Assembly: GCA_963765675.1 (NCBI GenBank)
Contig: CAVXXK010000003.1
Coordinates: forward strand, 384,001 to 448,000
DNA length: 64,000 nt
Reading direction: 5' to 3'
DNA from: an uncultured delta proteobacterium
Lineage (GTDB): Bacteria; Desulfobacterota; Binatia; Binatales; Binataceae
Part shown: piece after piece, positions 1 through 9,470 of the stretch
Numbering within the stretch: the stretch's first letter is position 1
How the letters are laid out: every line of letters starts with the position of its first letter
Notes under the pieces: generated by a model
Databases searched by the model: none
What the model was told of the DNA's origin: nothing
The model's input: only the letters and a program-made list of their open reading frames with translations
Made by a program: the position numbers and the translations under genes

Positions 1-489
1 CATCATGTCGCCGTCGCTCGCGAGCACGTAGGTGTGGTGGTTCACCACAGAATCGGCTTGCCGATTGAAGGTCGCCGCCAACCACCGTTCCGCCATTGCC
101 AATCCAACGCCGTTTGCCACCCCCTGACCGAGCGGCCCCGTGGTGACCTCGACGCCACGCGTGGTCTCGTGCTCGGGATGGCCCGGTGTGCGGCTTCCCC
201 ACTGCCGGAACTGTTTGATGTCGTCCATGCTGAGGTCGTACCCGGTCAAAAACAGCACGCTGTAAAGCAGCATGCTCGCGTGGCCGGCGGATAGCACAAA
301 CCGATCGCGATCTGGCCACGCGGGGTTCTTCGGGTTGTGGCTGAGGTGGCGAGTCCAAAGTACGTACGCCATCGTCGCAGCACCCATCGGCATTCCCGGA
401 TGCCCGGAGTTCGCTTTCTGAACTCCGTCTATCGATAAGGTGCGGATCGTGTTGATCGCAAGCTGATCAATATCGTCTTGACCTGCCAT
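1..489 (-). CDS. tkt: Transketolase, N-terminal part (runs off left edge)
   Basis: Manual translation [36 protein letters not shown]...[17 protein letters not shown]...TTGPLGQG...SDGDMM; not in the ORF track. Confidence 0.95.
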   Translation of the reverse strand, partial: MAGQDDIDQLAINTIRTLSIDGVQKANSGHPGMPMGAATMAYVLWTRHLSHNPKNPAWPDRDRFVLSAGHASMLLYSVLFLTGYDLSMDDIKQFRQWGSRTPGHPEHETTRGVEVTTGPLGQGVANGVGLAMAERWLAATFNRQADSVVNHHTYVLASDGDMM

Positions 490-810
490 TGGTGTCTCCT
501 TCAAGCCGGAAGGCTGGCGGGATCGTCATCGTCGCGCAGCGGATGCGGGTAGAGCGGTCGAACAGCCGAAACGTCAAGCCTGCTGGTGTGCGATTTCCCG
601 GCGGTATCTTTCCAGCCTACCACTTATGCATGGTGAGCACGCCAAGAAATTAACTGCTGCCGTGGCCACGCGGTCGAAACCCCGCGCCACGAACTAAACT
701 ATCGGCGGTTACGCGAATCACCCGAGTTGCAGTGACGTGCTCGCGTAACTCGCGGCTGCATTCGAGAGAGATTGCCCAACGACACCCGGTTGCGCCTTCG
801 CAAGATTCGA

Positions 811-1545
811 TCAGACGGTCTGCATCTTAAGACAGAGATCGTCTTTTTCCTTCTGCGTGAACAGTCGATCCGCCATTGGGTAAAGCATGGCCTCTTCCTT
901 GGCGTCATGATTGTGGAATAACTCCGACGGATGAACCGGACCAACTTCGAGAGCTTGAATGATATTGGCGCAGTCGCCTCCGCCGAAAAGCTTGTCGAGT
1001 TCTCTTAGCACTGCTTCGATCTTCTGATGTTCCGCGCGCATTACGGCCGTTGGTCCCGAACCTGGAGGGGTTCGGCTTCGATTCTCGAAAAGCGGAAAAA
1101 AATAATCCTCTTCCATTCGGATGTGTCGGCGCAACCCGAATATGAATTGCGAAAGCCCATCGATCGTCGACATGCGATGACCCTTTTCTGCAATGAACAA
1201 GTTCTCATACGACTGTTCGCAGACCTTTACGGCCTCTACGAATGCGTCCCAGCGTTCGGTTAGACGATGATGATCGTCACCGAGAAAAGCGCTGATCGTG
1301 CGTGGCTCCGTGGTGCGCCTCGCAACGAGCACCGAAGACGCATGGGCTCTGTTGCCGAGTGGCCACCAATCGAAACCCTGGCCGTAGCGATCCTGAAGCT
1401 CGGCTAAGCATTTCCGCTCCGCCGGCACGCTAAATACAAGTTCAAGAGTTTGGCCAGCAGCGAGTCGCTCGAAGGCGAAGAAAATCTCGTGTCGCTGCTT
1501 CGCTTCCCCAAGATCAGAAATCTCAATTCTAAGCTCTGGATTCAT
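811..1545 (-). CDS. Hemerythrin-domain protein with degenerate N-terminal DUF2249-like domain
   Basis: Di-iron motifs DHHRL, HIRMEE..FP, EHQKI, HDAKEE..LYP; N-terminus RHEIFFAFERLAAGQTLELV resembles DUF2249. Confidence 0.8.
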   Translation of the reverse strand: MNPELRIEISDLGEAKQRHEIFFAFERLAAGQTLELVFSVPAERKCLAELQDRYGQGFDWWPLGNRAHASSVLVARRTTEPRTISAFLGDDHHRLTERWDAFVEAVKVCEQSYENLFIAEKGHRMSTIDGLSQFIFGLRRHIRMEEDYFFPLFENRSRTPPGSGPTAVMRAEHQKIEAVLRELDKLFGGGDCANIIQALEVGPVHPSELFHNHDAKEEAMLYPMADRLFTQKEKDDLCLKMQTV

Positions 1546-1642
1546 AGTCTTTTACATCCTCCAGCCGGAATCTGAACCTCCAGCGTTTTGGTGTTAGAAT
1601 GAACCTCTCGGTGCTGAAGAGGATTTTGAAAAAGGTCTGGCG

Positions 1643-2722
1643 TTATGACTTGAAGACGTCGGGATTCGCCGGCCCAGTCACTTCGATTTCAGCCATCGCA
1701 CCTTTGTTAATGGCGCGGGTCATCGCATGATCGACGAGTTTGATTGTTTGTGGTACCGGAAGATCCAATTCCGCGACTATTGAATTTCCGGGCGGCACCG
1801 GAACGCTCTGCAGGAACCGCATCGGCGGCATCACGAATTGCCCCAGAAGCCAAACACGTGACCATATGTTCCCGACGGGATGGAGGCTGGAGAGCAGGTT
1901 TGGCCCGCCATTAACCATGAAAACCCGGACGGTTTCGCCGACCTTGGCCTGCATCGCACCGAAGCGTTTGGCAGTCAACGCCTGAAAGGCGCCGTTGAAC
2001 ATCACGTAGGTTGCCTGCTCCTGGAGCAAGCGCGCGGAGTCGAAATCCCGCGGCCCCGGACTACCAGGCATCTGTTTCGTATAAGTCTCGTTCTGGCCAA
2101 GATAGAACTCATGATCGACGTTAGGGAGTCCTTCTTCGGGTTCCACCACGATCATTCCGTACATTCCGCGTGCGATATGGACATCCATGTCGCCGGGCAC
2201 GGCACAGTGGTAGGTAAAGCCGCCCGGATACATTGCTTTGAAGGTGATGGTCTTGCTCTTACCGGGCAGCACCGTCAACGGATCGGCGCCGCCGCCCGGG
2301 CCGTACACTGCATGGAGATCGATGGAGTGCCATGTGGTGCTGTGTGGATTGTTGCGCAACGTCAGCGTGACCGTATCGCCGCGTCGCACTCGAATCATTG
2401 GCCCGGGGACTTGGCCATCGAAAGTCATGTAGGAAAATTTCGCGCCCGGCTCGATCTCAGCGTCAACTTCGCGAGCCTCAAGAGTTATCTCGTGATGAGT
2501 TGGATGGCTCCGCTTGATCGGTGGTGGGACCCGAGTGGGATCGGCTACGACGCCTCTGGCGGTCGGAGAGGACGCGGAAGCGGAAAGTGGAGCAGAATGC
2601 GGGCTGGCGCCGGATGGTTCACTGTTCGATGCCGCTACTGCGCCGGTGGCACCAAAGCCAACCAACGCCGCGCCGACGCCCATCACGCGGAAAAGTTCCC
2701 GCCGCGAAATAGCTAATGTCAT
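1643..2722 (-). CDS. nirK: Copper-containing nitrite reductase, Tat-exported
   Basis: Tat motif SRRELF; HSIDLH, YHCAVPGDMDVHIARGMYG, SSLHPVG, LVDHA Cu-site motifs; GGAGG upstream of ATG 2722. Confidence 0.9.
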   Translation of the reverse strand: MTLAISRRELFRVMGVGAALVGFGATGAVAASNSEPSGASPHSAPLSASASSPTARGVVADPTRVPPPIKRSHPTHHEITLEAREVDAEIEPGAKFSYMTFDGQVPGPMIRVRRGDTVTLTLRNNPHSTTWHSIDLHAVYGPGGGADPLTVLPGKSKTITFKAMYPGGFTYHCAVPGDMDVHIARGMYGMIVVEPEEGLPNVDHEFYLGQNETYTKQMPGSPGPRDFDSARLLQEQATYVMFNGAFQALTAKRFGAMQAKVGETVRVFMVNGGPNLLSSLHPVGNIWSRVWLLGQFVMPPMRFLQSVPVPPGNSIVAELDLPVPQTIKLVDHAMTRAINKGAMAEIEVTGPANPDVFKS

Positions 2723-2863
2723 CGTTGTAACCTCCGACACATCCCGGACGGATCGGTATTCTTGCGCCATGTGGAGGAGCATCCGCCGATCAGAATGCCA
2801 TCAACTGTGGCAAAATCTGCCCGAAGAAATACTTGTTTCATGGCCGCGCCTTCCGCGGACCGA

Positions 2864-3265
2864 CTATTTCGTCACGGTGAGTTCTCCGATCATTCGGTCT
2901 TTTTCGTGGGGTATGCAAACGTAAACGTAGTGGCCGGGAACGGTGACGGTATAGCTCCAACTTGCCCCGGGTGCCATAAAGCCTGAATCGAAGGGCTTGG
3001 CGCCGGGCGGCAGAGCAACGTCACTCTTGTTTTGCGCCAAAGAAGCGTCCGTCGTCACGTCGTGAAGTGCTTTGCCGGTATTTTTCCACTCAACGGTTGT
3101 GCCCACCTTGATCGTGAGCTTTGCGGGAACATACCTAGGCGGTTCATCCGTCATCGTGACTACCACCGTCTTGCCCGCAGCATTAGCCAGTCGCGGTCCG
3201 TTCACCAGCGCGAAGATTCCAATCACCACAACCAGTGCGAGTAAGCGAACATTCAAATTTTTCAA
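2864..3265 (-). CDS. Periplasmic cupredoxin (plastocyanin/pseudoazurin-like), probable NirK electron donor
   Basis: Signal peptide, HDV and YVCIPHEKDRM type-1 Cu ligands; TTG start with AGGAG RBS. Confidence 0.85.
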   Translation of the reverse strand: MKNLNVRLLALVVVIGIFALVNGPRLANAAGKTVVVTMTDEPPRYVPAKLTIKVGTTVEWKNTGKALHDVTTDASLAQNKSDVALPPGAKPFDSGFMAPGASWSYTVTVPGHYVYVCIPHEKDRMIGELTVTK

Positions 3266-3485
3266 CGTTCCTATTCTCCTTTAGTTATATTCATTCAATC
3301 TGACCGGGATGCCCGCCCACTGCTCCGTGAGTGGCAAAAGTGCGATTGTTCGTGGAGCCTCGCACGCTATGAATTCGCAAAGTGGGCCGCAGGAACGCCA
3401 TTCGGGGCTCGTTAACTTCTCTAAGTATGAACGCATACTGCCGGTTGCGCGATATCTTTTTTCAACCCAGTTATGATGGGAACCA

Positions 3486-3962
3486 TCATACCCACCCGTG
3501 GACGCCAGCTACGACGGCGGCGATTACCAACAAGCTCAGCACGAGAATAACCCAGTGCAAAGTTTCGATTCTCGCGAGAGCTTTAGCCGGCGCATCGACA
3601 AACTCTTGCTCCAGCCGCGGTCCGACGACGAGCGGCTCGACGAGGAACAGCATCAGGCCAAACAGTAGCCATAACGCGACCATCGCATCCATCCACCAGA
3701 AACGGGCCGCGATAAACCACGCCCAGGCGTGGAGCGAGTAGACCATATAGATCCCGCTTAAGCCGACGATTAGCCATGCGATCCTTGCCTGTGGGCGGAA
3801 GCGATTTTCAACCTGCGCGAACATCCAGGCCTTCTGTTCGTTCGACTCGAGCTTGCGCATCGTAGGAAACATCACCGTCGTGACTGCCGCGATACCACCA
3901 ATCCAGACAACCACCGCAATCAGGTGCACCACGAGCGCAAGGACGAACCATCTGTAGTTCAC
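3486..3962 (-). CDS. Four-TM membrane protein (CopD/DUF4149-like)
   Basis: VHLIAVVVWIGG motif, several TM helices, C-terminal AGVHG; GTG start at 3962 chosen over the longer track ORF. Confidence 0.65.
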   Translation of the reverse strand: MNYRWFVLALVVHLIAVVVWIGGIAAVTTVMFPTMRKLESNEQKAWMFAQVENRFRPQARIAWLIVGLSGIYMVYSLHAWAWFIAARFWWMDAMVALWLLFGLMLFLVEPLVVGPRLEQEFVDAPAKALARIETLHWVILVLSLLVIAAVVAGVHGWV

Positions 3963-4279
3963 TGAATCGACCTCCGTCTGGTTGCTAGGCTGATATGAGT
4001 TTCGAATCTCACGAGCGCGAGCGAGCCCAACACTATCGTCCTTAGAAACCAGGCTCGCGCTCCCAGCCCCAGGCGCCCGGCGCGAATCGACATATACAAT
4101 GCCTCGGTCGTGTGCACGATGAGCATGAGGACGAACAGGCCGCGCCCCACGCGCGCCGCCAGACCAAAAGGTCCGAGTGCGAGGGTGGCGACCACTACCC
4201 AAAGGAGACCGCAGGCAAGCCAGTCGCGCTCCGCAATTTCTATCTGCTCGCACGCGAATGGTTCTGTCTCGTTCGGCAT
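3959..4279 (-). CDS. Small hypothetical membrane protein
   Basis: Hydrophobic ORF MPNETEP...IVHTTEALY in operon, stop overlaps next start. Confidence 0.55.
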   Translation of the reverse strand: MPNETEPFACEQIEIAERDWLACGLLWVVVATLALGPFGLAARVGRGLFVLMLIVHTTEALYMSIRAGRLGLGARAWFLRTIVLGSLALVRFETHISLATRRRSIQ

Positions 4280-4286
4280 CACGACT

Positions 4287-5468
4287 TCACCCACTAGTCT
4301 CGCGCACAGCTCCCTGTTTGAACGCGCGAATCGGCGTTGTTCCCGAAGCAATCGCCTGAGCGGTGCTTCCTACAAAGACAAGAATTGCGATCACATTGAA
4401 CAAGCCGCCCCATTTGTAAGCGACGTACGACGTCGATAAATCGCCGGCGATCCGCACGAGAAGCGAAAGATGCAGAATCACCGAATGAACATAGAACGTG
4501 CTGTGATAGGGCACCGCTCGCCCTGTCACGGACGGGAAGATGATTGGCGCATGAGCAAAAATCATCGAGAATACGAAGCCAAGAAAAACCGTGTGGAGCA
4601 TCACATCGTAGTGAAAGGTCGTCAGATCATTGCCGAACCACAGCCACGCCAATCCGCCAACCCCAAGCCAGAAATAGCCCGCAAGCAGGTTGACCGCGAT
4701 ATAGCGCGTGAGTCCTTTCTGCCTTACGGTTCTGCGCGCGAGATCGTAGCGTGCCAGCCACAGCGCCATTGCGAGCATTCCCAGACCCGCAAGACGAAAT
4801 CCAAACGCGGGTGAGGGTAAAGCGATGGCAAGTCCGATCAGGAACAAACCCGCGCTCGCGACGAAGGGCAGGCGACCTCGCTCGCCGAGTCCGGTGAGCC
4901 TACTCAATTCCAGCCGTTCCCCGACAATCGTCAGGACCAGGAATCCGGTCCACCAGAAGAACATCTCGATGATCGGCAGGCCGGCGAGCCACAGACAGTT
5001 GCCGACGAACCATGCGCCGGCGCCCAAAGCCATCGTGACCGTGAACAGGGCAGTCTGGCGACGGAGGATCGCGACGAAGTTTGCGATGAGACCGGCGCTT
5101 CCGATGGTGATGAGCAACGGACCAACCGGATCACCAATCCCGACTATCAGAGCGAGCGCGCCGGCGCCGCTCAATATGGGTGCGCCATAGCTCCAACCTT
5201 TACCAAGCGCCACCGCGCGTTCGAGGCTTATCAGCGTGCCGAGAAATCCGCAGACCATGAGCGGGCCGTGCGTTAAAGAGAGTCCGGGTTGAATCTCCGG
5301 CAGTTCCCATCCCAAACGCTGAAGCCCGGCCCATAGCGCTGCGAGTAACGCAAGAATCGATAACGCGAGAAGCGGCAAACGTTCATATTTCAACGTCGCG
5401 CGCACCGCCGGTATGCGAGCGCTTGAAGTTCGATGAACAGATGGTGCGGGCTTATTGGCAGGAGTCAT
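4287..5468 (-). CDS. Multi-pass membrane protein, NnrS-like (NO-cluster associated)
   Basis: ~12 TM helices; HGPLMVCGFLGTLISLERAVAL and HTVFLGFVFSMIFAHAP motifs; context next to nirK. Confidence 0.65.
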   Translation of the reverse strand: MTPANKPAPSVHRTSSARIPAVRATLKYERLPLLALSILALLAALWAGLQRLGWELPEIQPGLSLTHGPLMVCGFLGTLISLERAVALGKGWSYGAPILSGAGALALIVGIGDPVGPLLITIGSAGLIANFVAILRRQTALFTVTMALGAGAWFVGNCLWLAGLPIIEMFFWWTGFLVLTIVGERLELSRLTGLGERGRLPFVASAGLFLIGLAIALPSPAFGFRLAGLGMLAMALWLARYDLARRTVRQKGLTRYIAVNLLAGYFWLGVGGLAWLWFGNDLTTFHYDVMLHTVFLGFVFSMIFAHAPIIFPSVTGRAVPYHSTFYVHSVILHLSLLVRIAGDLSTSYVAYKWGGLFNVIAILVFVGSTAQAIASGTTPIRAFKQGAVRETSG

Positions 5469-5570
5469 GGCTCTTACTCACGTCGTCTGTACGGTCGCCC
5501 AGATTCTTGCCCGTGCTCCGAACTATCCAGGGCAATCTATACAGAGCTGCGTGATCGCATGACGCATGGA

Positions 5571-5945
5571 TCAGCCAATCGCCGTTGTCAGGAGAACGGT
5601 GCTTTCCTCGAGCGCTTCGAGCTCGTGAACAACTTCGCGATCAAGCGCCGCCATGCTTCCAGATGAAAGATCCACGTGTTCGCTTCCAGCGGAAAAACGA
5701 ACTTGGCCGGATAGCACCTGAATAGCGATCGGTCCCTTGGTCCGATGTTCAGCGAGCCGCGCTCCCTTCTTGAGCACCATCAACAGAATGTTGAGCTTGT
5801 CGTCCTTGACCAGACTCATCGCCACACGCTCTTCCGACGACCATTGCGGCTTCGTTATGAGGCGGGCAGCCTCGTCTGAGATCTTGAACGACACCATTCC
5901 ACCCGCGGACGGGCGAAGCGCTTGCCTCTTGCTCTTTTCAGTCAT
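5571..5945 (-). CDS. Cupin-domain protein
   Basis: LAEHRTKGPIAIQVLSG and VVHELEALEES cupin motifs. Confidence 0.8.
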   Translation of the reverse strand: MTEKSKRQALRPSAGGMVSFKISDEAARLITKPQWSSEERVAMSLVKDDKLNILLMVLKKGARLAEHRTKGPIAIQVLSGQVRFSAGSEHVDLSSGSMAALDREVVHELEALEESTVLLTTAIG

Positions 5946-6106
5946 ATCCGTGCCTCTTGAACTGCTCGATCGCTTGCGTCCACCCAGCGACCGCCATCAT
6001 CAGCCCATCGCAGCAGCGCTCGTTGCTCGAGCCACGGGTCATCTGGGGCGGCTATGAGCGATCTGACGACCTCCGCCCAGTTCGGTGGGATTTGTGTGAT
6101 GTCCAT
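5942..6106 (-). CDS. Unannotated 54-aa small protein
   Basis: MDITQIPPNWAEVVRSLIAAPDDPWLEQRALLRWADDGGRWVDASDRAVQEARI; AGGAG RBS; stop overlaps cupin start (ATGA). Confidence 0.55.
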   Translation of the reverse strand: MDITQIPPNWAEVVRSLIAAPDDPWLEQRALLRWADDGGRWVDASDRAVQEARI

Positions 6107-6120
6107 GACTCTTTTCTCCT

Positions 6121-6587
6121 TTACGAAGCACGCTTCGCCGAGCCCGTGAGTTTGGCCGCTTCCGCTTCAAGAGCCGCCAGACGCTTGCGGAGGTCCTTGT
6201 CCTGATTCCACCGTGCCGTAACGTCACGGAAAATCGCCGCCGGACCCAATAGCTTTCCGTCATCGTCGCGGATCAGAGCGATCGTAAACTCGACGGAGAT
6301 GCGTGTTCCGTCCTTGCGGATCGCCGGTACTGCCAGCAAGCTTCGACTATATTGGGTTCGCCCGGTTTTCATCGTCTGATCGTACCCCTCCCAGTGCCGT
6401 TCCCTGAGATTTTCGGGGATAATGAAGTCCATCGACTTCCCGACAATCTCTTCGGAGCGAAACCCAAACATTTTTCCGCGCCGGCGTTCCACAGGCGCAC
6501 CGTGCCCTCGGTATCTCCAAAAATGATCGCGTCGCCGGTGTTATCGACGATCTGCTGGCACAGCCATTCGTGAGTGTGTTCTGCCAT
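6121..6587 (-). CDS. Stand-alone PAS-domain sensor protein (frameshift at ~6471-6475)
   Basis: DAIIFGDTEGTVRLWNAGAEK joins MFGFRSEEIVGKSMDFIIPENLRERHW...RKDGTRISVEF...FRDVTAR; one A missing in an A-run. Confidence 0.8.
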
Positions 6588-6692
6588 TTCGTTGCTCTCC
6601 GCGCTTCCGTCTGTCCGTGTTCTCTTATTCTTCGGATCAACCGAGTGACAATCGCTTTCACGCGCGCCTGGGTTTGCGAACAGTAAAAAGCC

Positions 6693-7043
6693 TCAACCGA
6701 GACCCCACTTGTGTTTGTTTTCCTCAATCTCTTCGGGACTGGGGCTCGGCTTTTCCTCGTACAGCTTGACCCGAAAACGATTCGCCTCGGTAACTGTTTT
6801 GGCATTTAGCGCGATATCGTCATTAAACAACTCGGGCACCGCCGGCTCCTCGTAAATTGCTTGCCACGGACACTCGGGTTCACAGGCGCCGCAGTCGATG
6901 CATTCATCCGGATTGATATAGAGCTGATTCGGCAGCCCGTCTTTTCCGGGTTCGAGCGGTTCATAGATGCAATCGACCGGACAGACGCTGACGCATCCGG
7001 TGTCCAGGCAATCAATGCAAAGCCTCGTTATGACCCACGGCAT
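6693..7043 (-). CDS. Dicluster ferredoxin (FdxA/7Fe-type)
   Basis: CIDCLDTGCVSVCPVDC and CIDCGACEPECP motifs. Confidence 0.9.
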   Translation of the reverse strand: MPWVITRLCIDCLDTGCVSVCPVDCIYEPLEPGKDGLPNQLYINPDECIDCGACEPECPWQAIYEEPAVPELFNDDIALNAKTVTEANRFRVKLYEEKPSPSPEEIEENKHKWGLG

Positions 7044-7626
7044 ACGTGCCTCCTTGTGGTTCTGGCGGCGACGCCGACAGCTCCGGACATTGCAGGTTAA
7101 AGTGGACGATGCCGGCGCCGTTCGCGTGATGAAGGATGCATCCGCTTTTGTGTAGGACCGCGAGCATTCGGCTGTTGTCGCCCCGAACGTCGGCTTCGAA
7201 CTGAGTAATGCCGCCGCGGTGAGCGATGTGGCCGAGATGCCGAATCAACAATGGTCCAACCCCATTACCCTGGAATTCGTCCAGTACCGCTAACGCTACT
7301 TCCGCTCGCGAGGAATCCTTACGGGCATAGCGGCCAACGCCGATGAAGCGCTCGGTTCCGGCGTGCTCCACTACGGCCGCCAGGCCGACATGGCTAACGA
7401 AGTCGAGTTCCGTGTACCGTGCGAGGTCTTCGGCGGTGAGGTACCGCTTGCAGCCGAAGAAACGGAAATAACGTGCGCTAGCACTCAGCCCAGCAAAGTG
7501 TTCGAGCAGTCGGGTCTTATCGTCGGAGCGGATGGCGCGTATACGAATCGCGACTCCGCTGTTTAGGACTTCACCGGCCGAGTATAAACGGGGGTCGGAC
7601 GTTGACAGTGTGTCATTGGTCGCCAT
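7012..7626 (-). CDS. GNAT family N-acetyltransferase
   Basis: IRAIRSDDK...YFRFF...AEVALAVLDEFQGNGVG...NSRML, like the GNAT domain of Pat-type acetyltransferases. Confidence 0.85.
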   Translation of the reverse strand: MATNDTLSTSDPRLYSAGEVLNSGVAIRIRAIRSDDKTRLLEHFAGLSASARYFRFFGCKRYLTAEDLARYTELDFVSHVGLAAVVEHAGTERFIGVGRYARKDSSRAEVALAVLDEFQGNGVGPLLIRHLGHIAHRGGITQFEADVRGDNSRMLAVLHKSGCILHHANGAGIVHFNLQCPELSASPPEPQGGTYAVGHNEALH

Positions 7627-7734
7627 TTCATCCCTCCACTCATCCTCCAGATGATGCACACGTCGTCACGTGAGTTAAGACGCAAGTAGCGAGCAATTCC
7701 GTTACCGAATTCATGAGCTGCCCCTTAGCACGCG

Positions 7735-8250
7735 TCATCGATCGGGGGAGGTGCTTGTCTTCCCCTCGCCGTACACGCTTTGCATGCGGCGCTGAATTTC
7801 GCTCTCAATTTCGTGGGACGCGCTGTGCCTGATCATTGCCAGGTAGACATCTTCTTCACTCTGCAAATGCGACCTCAATATCGCATCTAATCGGGCCAGC
7901 AGAGTGTCAAGCTTTCGATGAAGCACCAGGCTTTCCGGATCTTGCGGACTGTCGAGCCTTGCTGTTCTTAGGCACTCGTCGATTGAATCAATTTGACTCT
8001 CTACAAACTGATGATCTTTGACCATGGTTGCGGTCACGCCCAGGCTTTGCGTGGCAACGAGCCTGTCAACCAAATCGTAGAGATGATGCTCTTCGCTGCG
8101 CATGTGAGGTAGAAGTTTGTGTCGCAGAAATCCTATTAGCTGAAGGCTATGGACGCCCTCTGCATCTGCCACGACGGCTCTGCTCAACGCATTCAGACCG
8201 CTCAAGATTTCCTGATGGCGGCCTTGGATCGTTTCGGTCATCTGATTCAT
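7735..8250 (-). CDS. Hemerythrin-domain protein
   Basis: RHQEI, PHMRSEE..LY, DHQFV, HLQSEEDVYL. Confidence 0.8.
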   Translation of the reverse strand: MNQMTETIQGRHQEILSGLNALSRAVVADAEGVHSLQLIGFLRHKLLPHMRSEEHHLYDLVDRLVATQSLGVTATMVKDHQFVESQIDSIDECLRTARLDSPQDPESLVLHRKLDTLLARLDAILRSHLQSEEDVYLAMIRHSASHEIESEIQRRMQSVYGEGKTSTSPDR

Positions 8251-8275
8251 GGTGCGACCTCCACGCGACCCATAC

Positions 8276-8614
8276 TCAGGACCACCCCAACTGGCGCTTT
8301 CCCTTTTCGGAGATCATCTGGGGCGACCACGGTGGATCCCAGACCAATTCGACATTTACGTCCTCGACCTCCTCGTGCTGGCTTATAATCGCTTCGCGTA
8401 CCTCTTCGGTGAGATAAGAATGCATCGGACACGCGGGCGTAGTCATTGTCATCGCGATACGCACCTTGTTGCCAAGGACCTCGGTGCTGTATATGAGCCC
8501 GAGATCCACGATGTTGACTCCAACCTCGGGATCGTTAACTCCTCGCAAGGCCAGCAGGATGTCGCTTTCACTCAGCATATTGTCAGTGTCCTTCGCGCGC
8601 GAGTTTCCGATCAT
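8276..8614 (-). CDS. Metal-sulfur cluster assembly factor (DUF59/SufT-like); start uncertain (8578 or 8614)
   Basis: VNDPEVGVNIVDLGLIY, MTMTTPACP, VWDPPW signature. Confidence 0.9.
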   Translation of the reverse strand: MIGNSRAKDTDNMLSESDILLALRGVNDPEVGVNIVDLGLIYSTEVLGNKVRIAMTMTTPACPMHSYLTEEVREAIISQHEEVEDVNVELVWDPPWSPQMISEKGKRQLGWS

Positions 8615-8639
8615 CGCGCGGCGCGGTACTGCTCGTGTC

Positions 8640-9359
8640 TCAGGCGTGGCGCCCGACCCGAACTCGCCAGACCTCAGGCCCCTCCTCCAGGTAATTCCAG
8701 GAGAACTGACCCGTATGTTCCGCTTCGAATTGATAGTAGAGCGGCCGCGGGTCGTGGTCATTGATCAGAATGAACGCCTCACCAGGCTTCAGTCCCAGAT
8801 AGGTGTCGAAGATGAGGGTGTGGCGTTCCCGCGGTGCGACGTTGCGCACGTCTAATGGACGGTCATTCGGCATTTTCTTTTCCTCCTCGGATGATTCGTG
8901 AATCGCTTCCAATAATTGGCGCTGATGCGCCTCATCGAGATATTTTTCGATCAGTGGCAAATAGACGCGCTCTTCCTTGGCCAGATGAAGTTGAAAGATC
9001 GCGTCCAACTGAAGCGAAAGTTCCCGCAATTCGCGCAGCAGCCGCGGCCGTTCGTTATCACCAAAGTTCTCAAGCCGGTCCGTCATCAGCTCAATCTTCG
9101 TGACGTAGTCGTTGATGGACTCATGGTCGATCATCATGGTCGCGGTCGGTTTTCCGTGCTCCCGAACCAGTCTGTCGATCGTCGAGTAGAGGTGACGCTC
9201 CTCGCCGCGCGCATGCGGCAACAGATCCCCCTTCAGAAACGCCACGAACGCATCGCGCTCAGTCTGCGGCTCGCCACCGCCGACCCCTCGCGCGTGCGCC
9301 TGCAGAGTCTTAGCCAATGATCGATGATGTTTTCGGATGGCTTCAGAGAGCGTGCTCAT
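8640..9359 (-). CDS. Hemerythrin + C-terminal DUF2249 fusion protein
   Basis: PHARGEE, DHESI, HLAKEERVYLP, then LDVRNVAPRERHTLIF...INDHDPRPLYYQF. Confidence 0.85.
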   Translation of the reverse strand: MSTLSEAIRKHHRSLAKTLQAHARGVGGGEPQTERDAFVAFLKGDLLPHARGEERHLYSTIDRLVREHGKPTATMMIDHESINDYVTKIELMTDRLENFGDNERPRLLRELRELSLQLDAIFQLHLAKEERVYLPLIEKYLDEAHQRQLLEAIHESSEEEKKMPNDRPLDVRNVAPRERHTLIFDTYLGLKPGEAFILINDHDPRPLYYQFEAEHTGQFSWNYLEEGPEVWRVRVGRHA

Positions 9360-9426
9360 GACCAAGTCTCCTTTTCCAACCTTGGCTCGCCAAGCTCGAT
9401 TTGCCGGCTTGACGAGACGCGGTCGT

Positions 9427-9449
9427 AAGATGTATTTAATATACATCTA
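9427..9449. promoter_or_regulatory. NsrR-type operator in divergent promoter region, overlapping a candidate minus-strand sigma70 promoter (TTGACC-N16-TATATT, 9465-9438)
   Basis: AAGATGTATTT-A-ATATACATCTA; perfect 8-bp inverted repeat AGATGTAT/ATACATCT; matches the 11-1-11 NsrR consensus AAGATGCATTT-N-AAATGCATCTT; nsrR gene 0.8 kb away. Confidence 0.85.
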
Positions 9450-9470
9450 TTGATACGAAGGTCAAGAGCA

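Noticed and set aside
9450-9465. FNR/DNR box TTGAT-N6-GTCAA
   Set aside because: Spacing is 6 rather than the canonical 4; better explained as part of the -35 region
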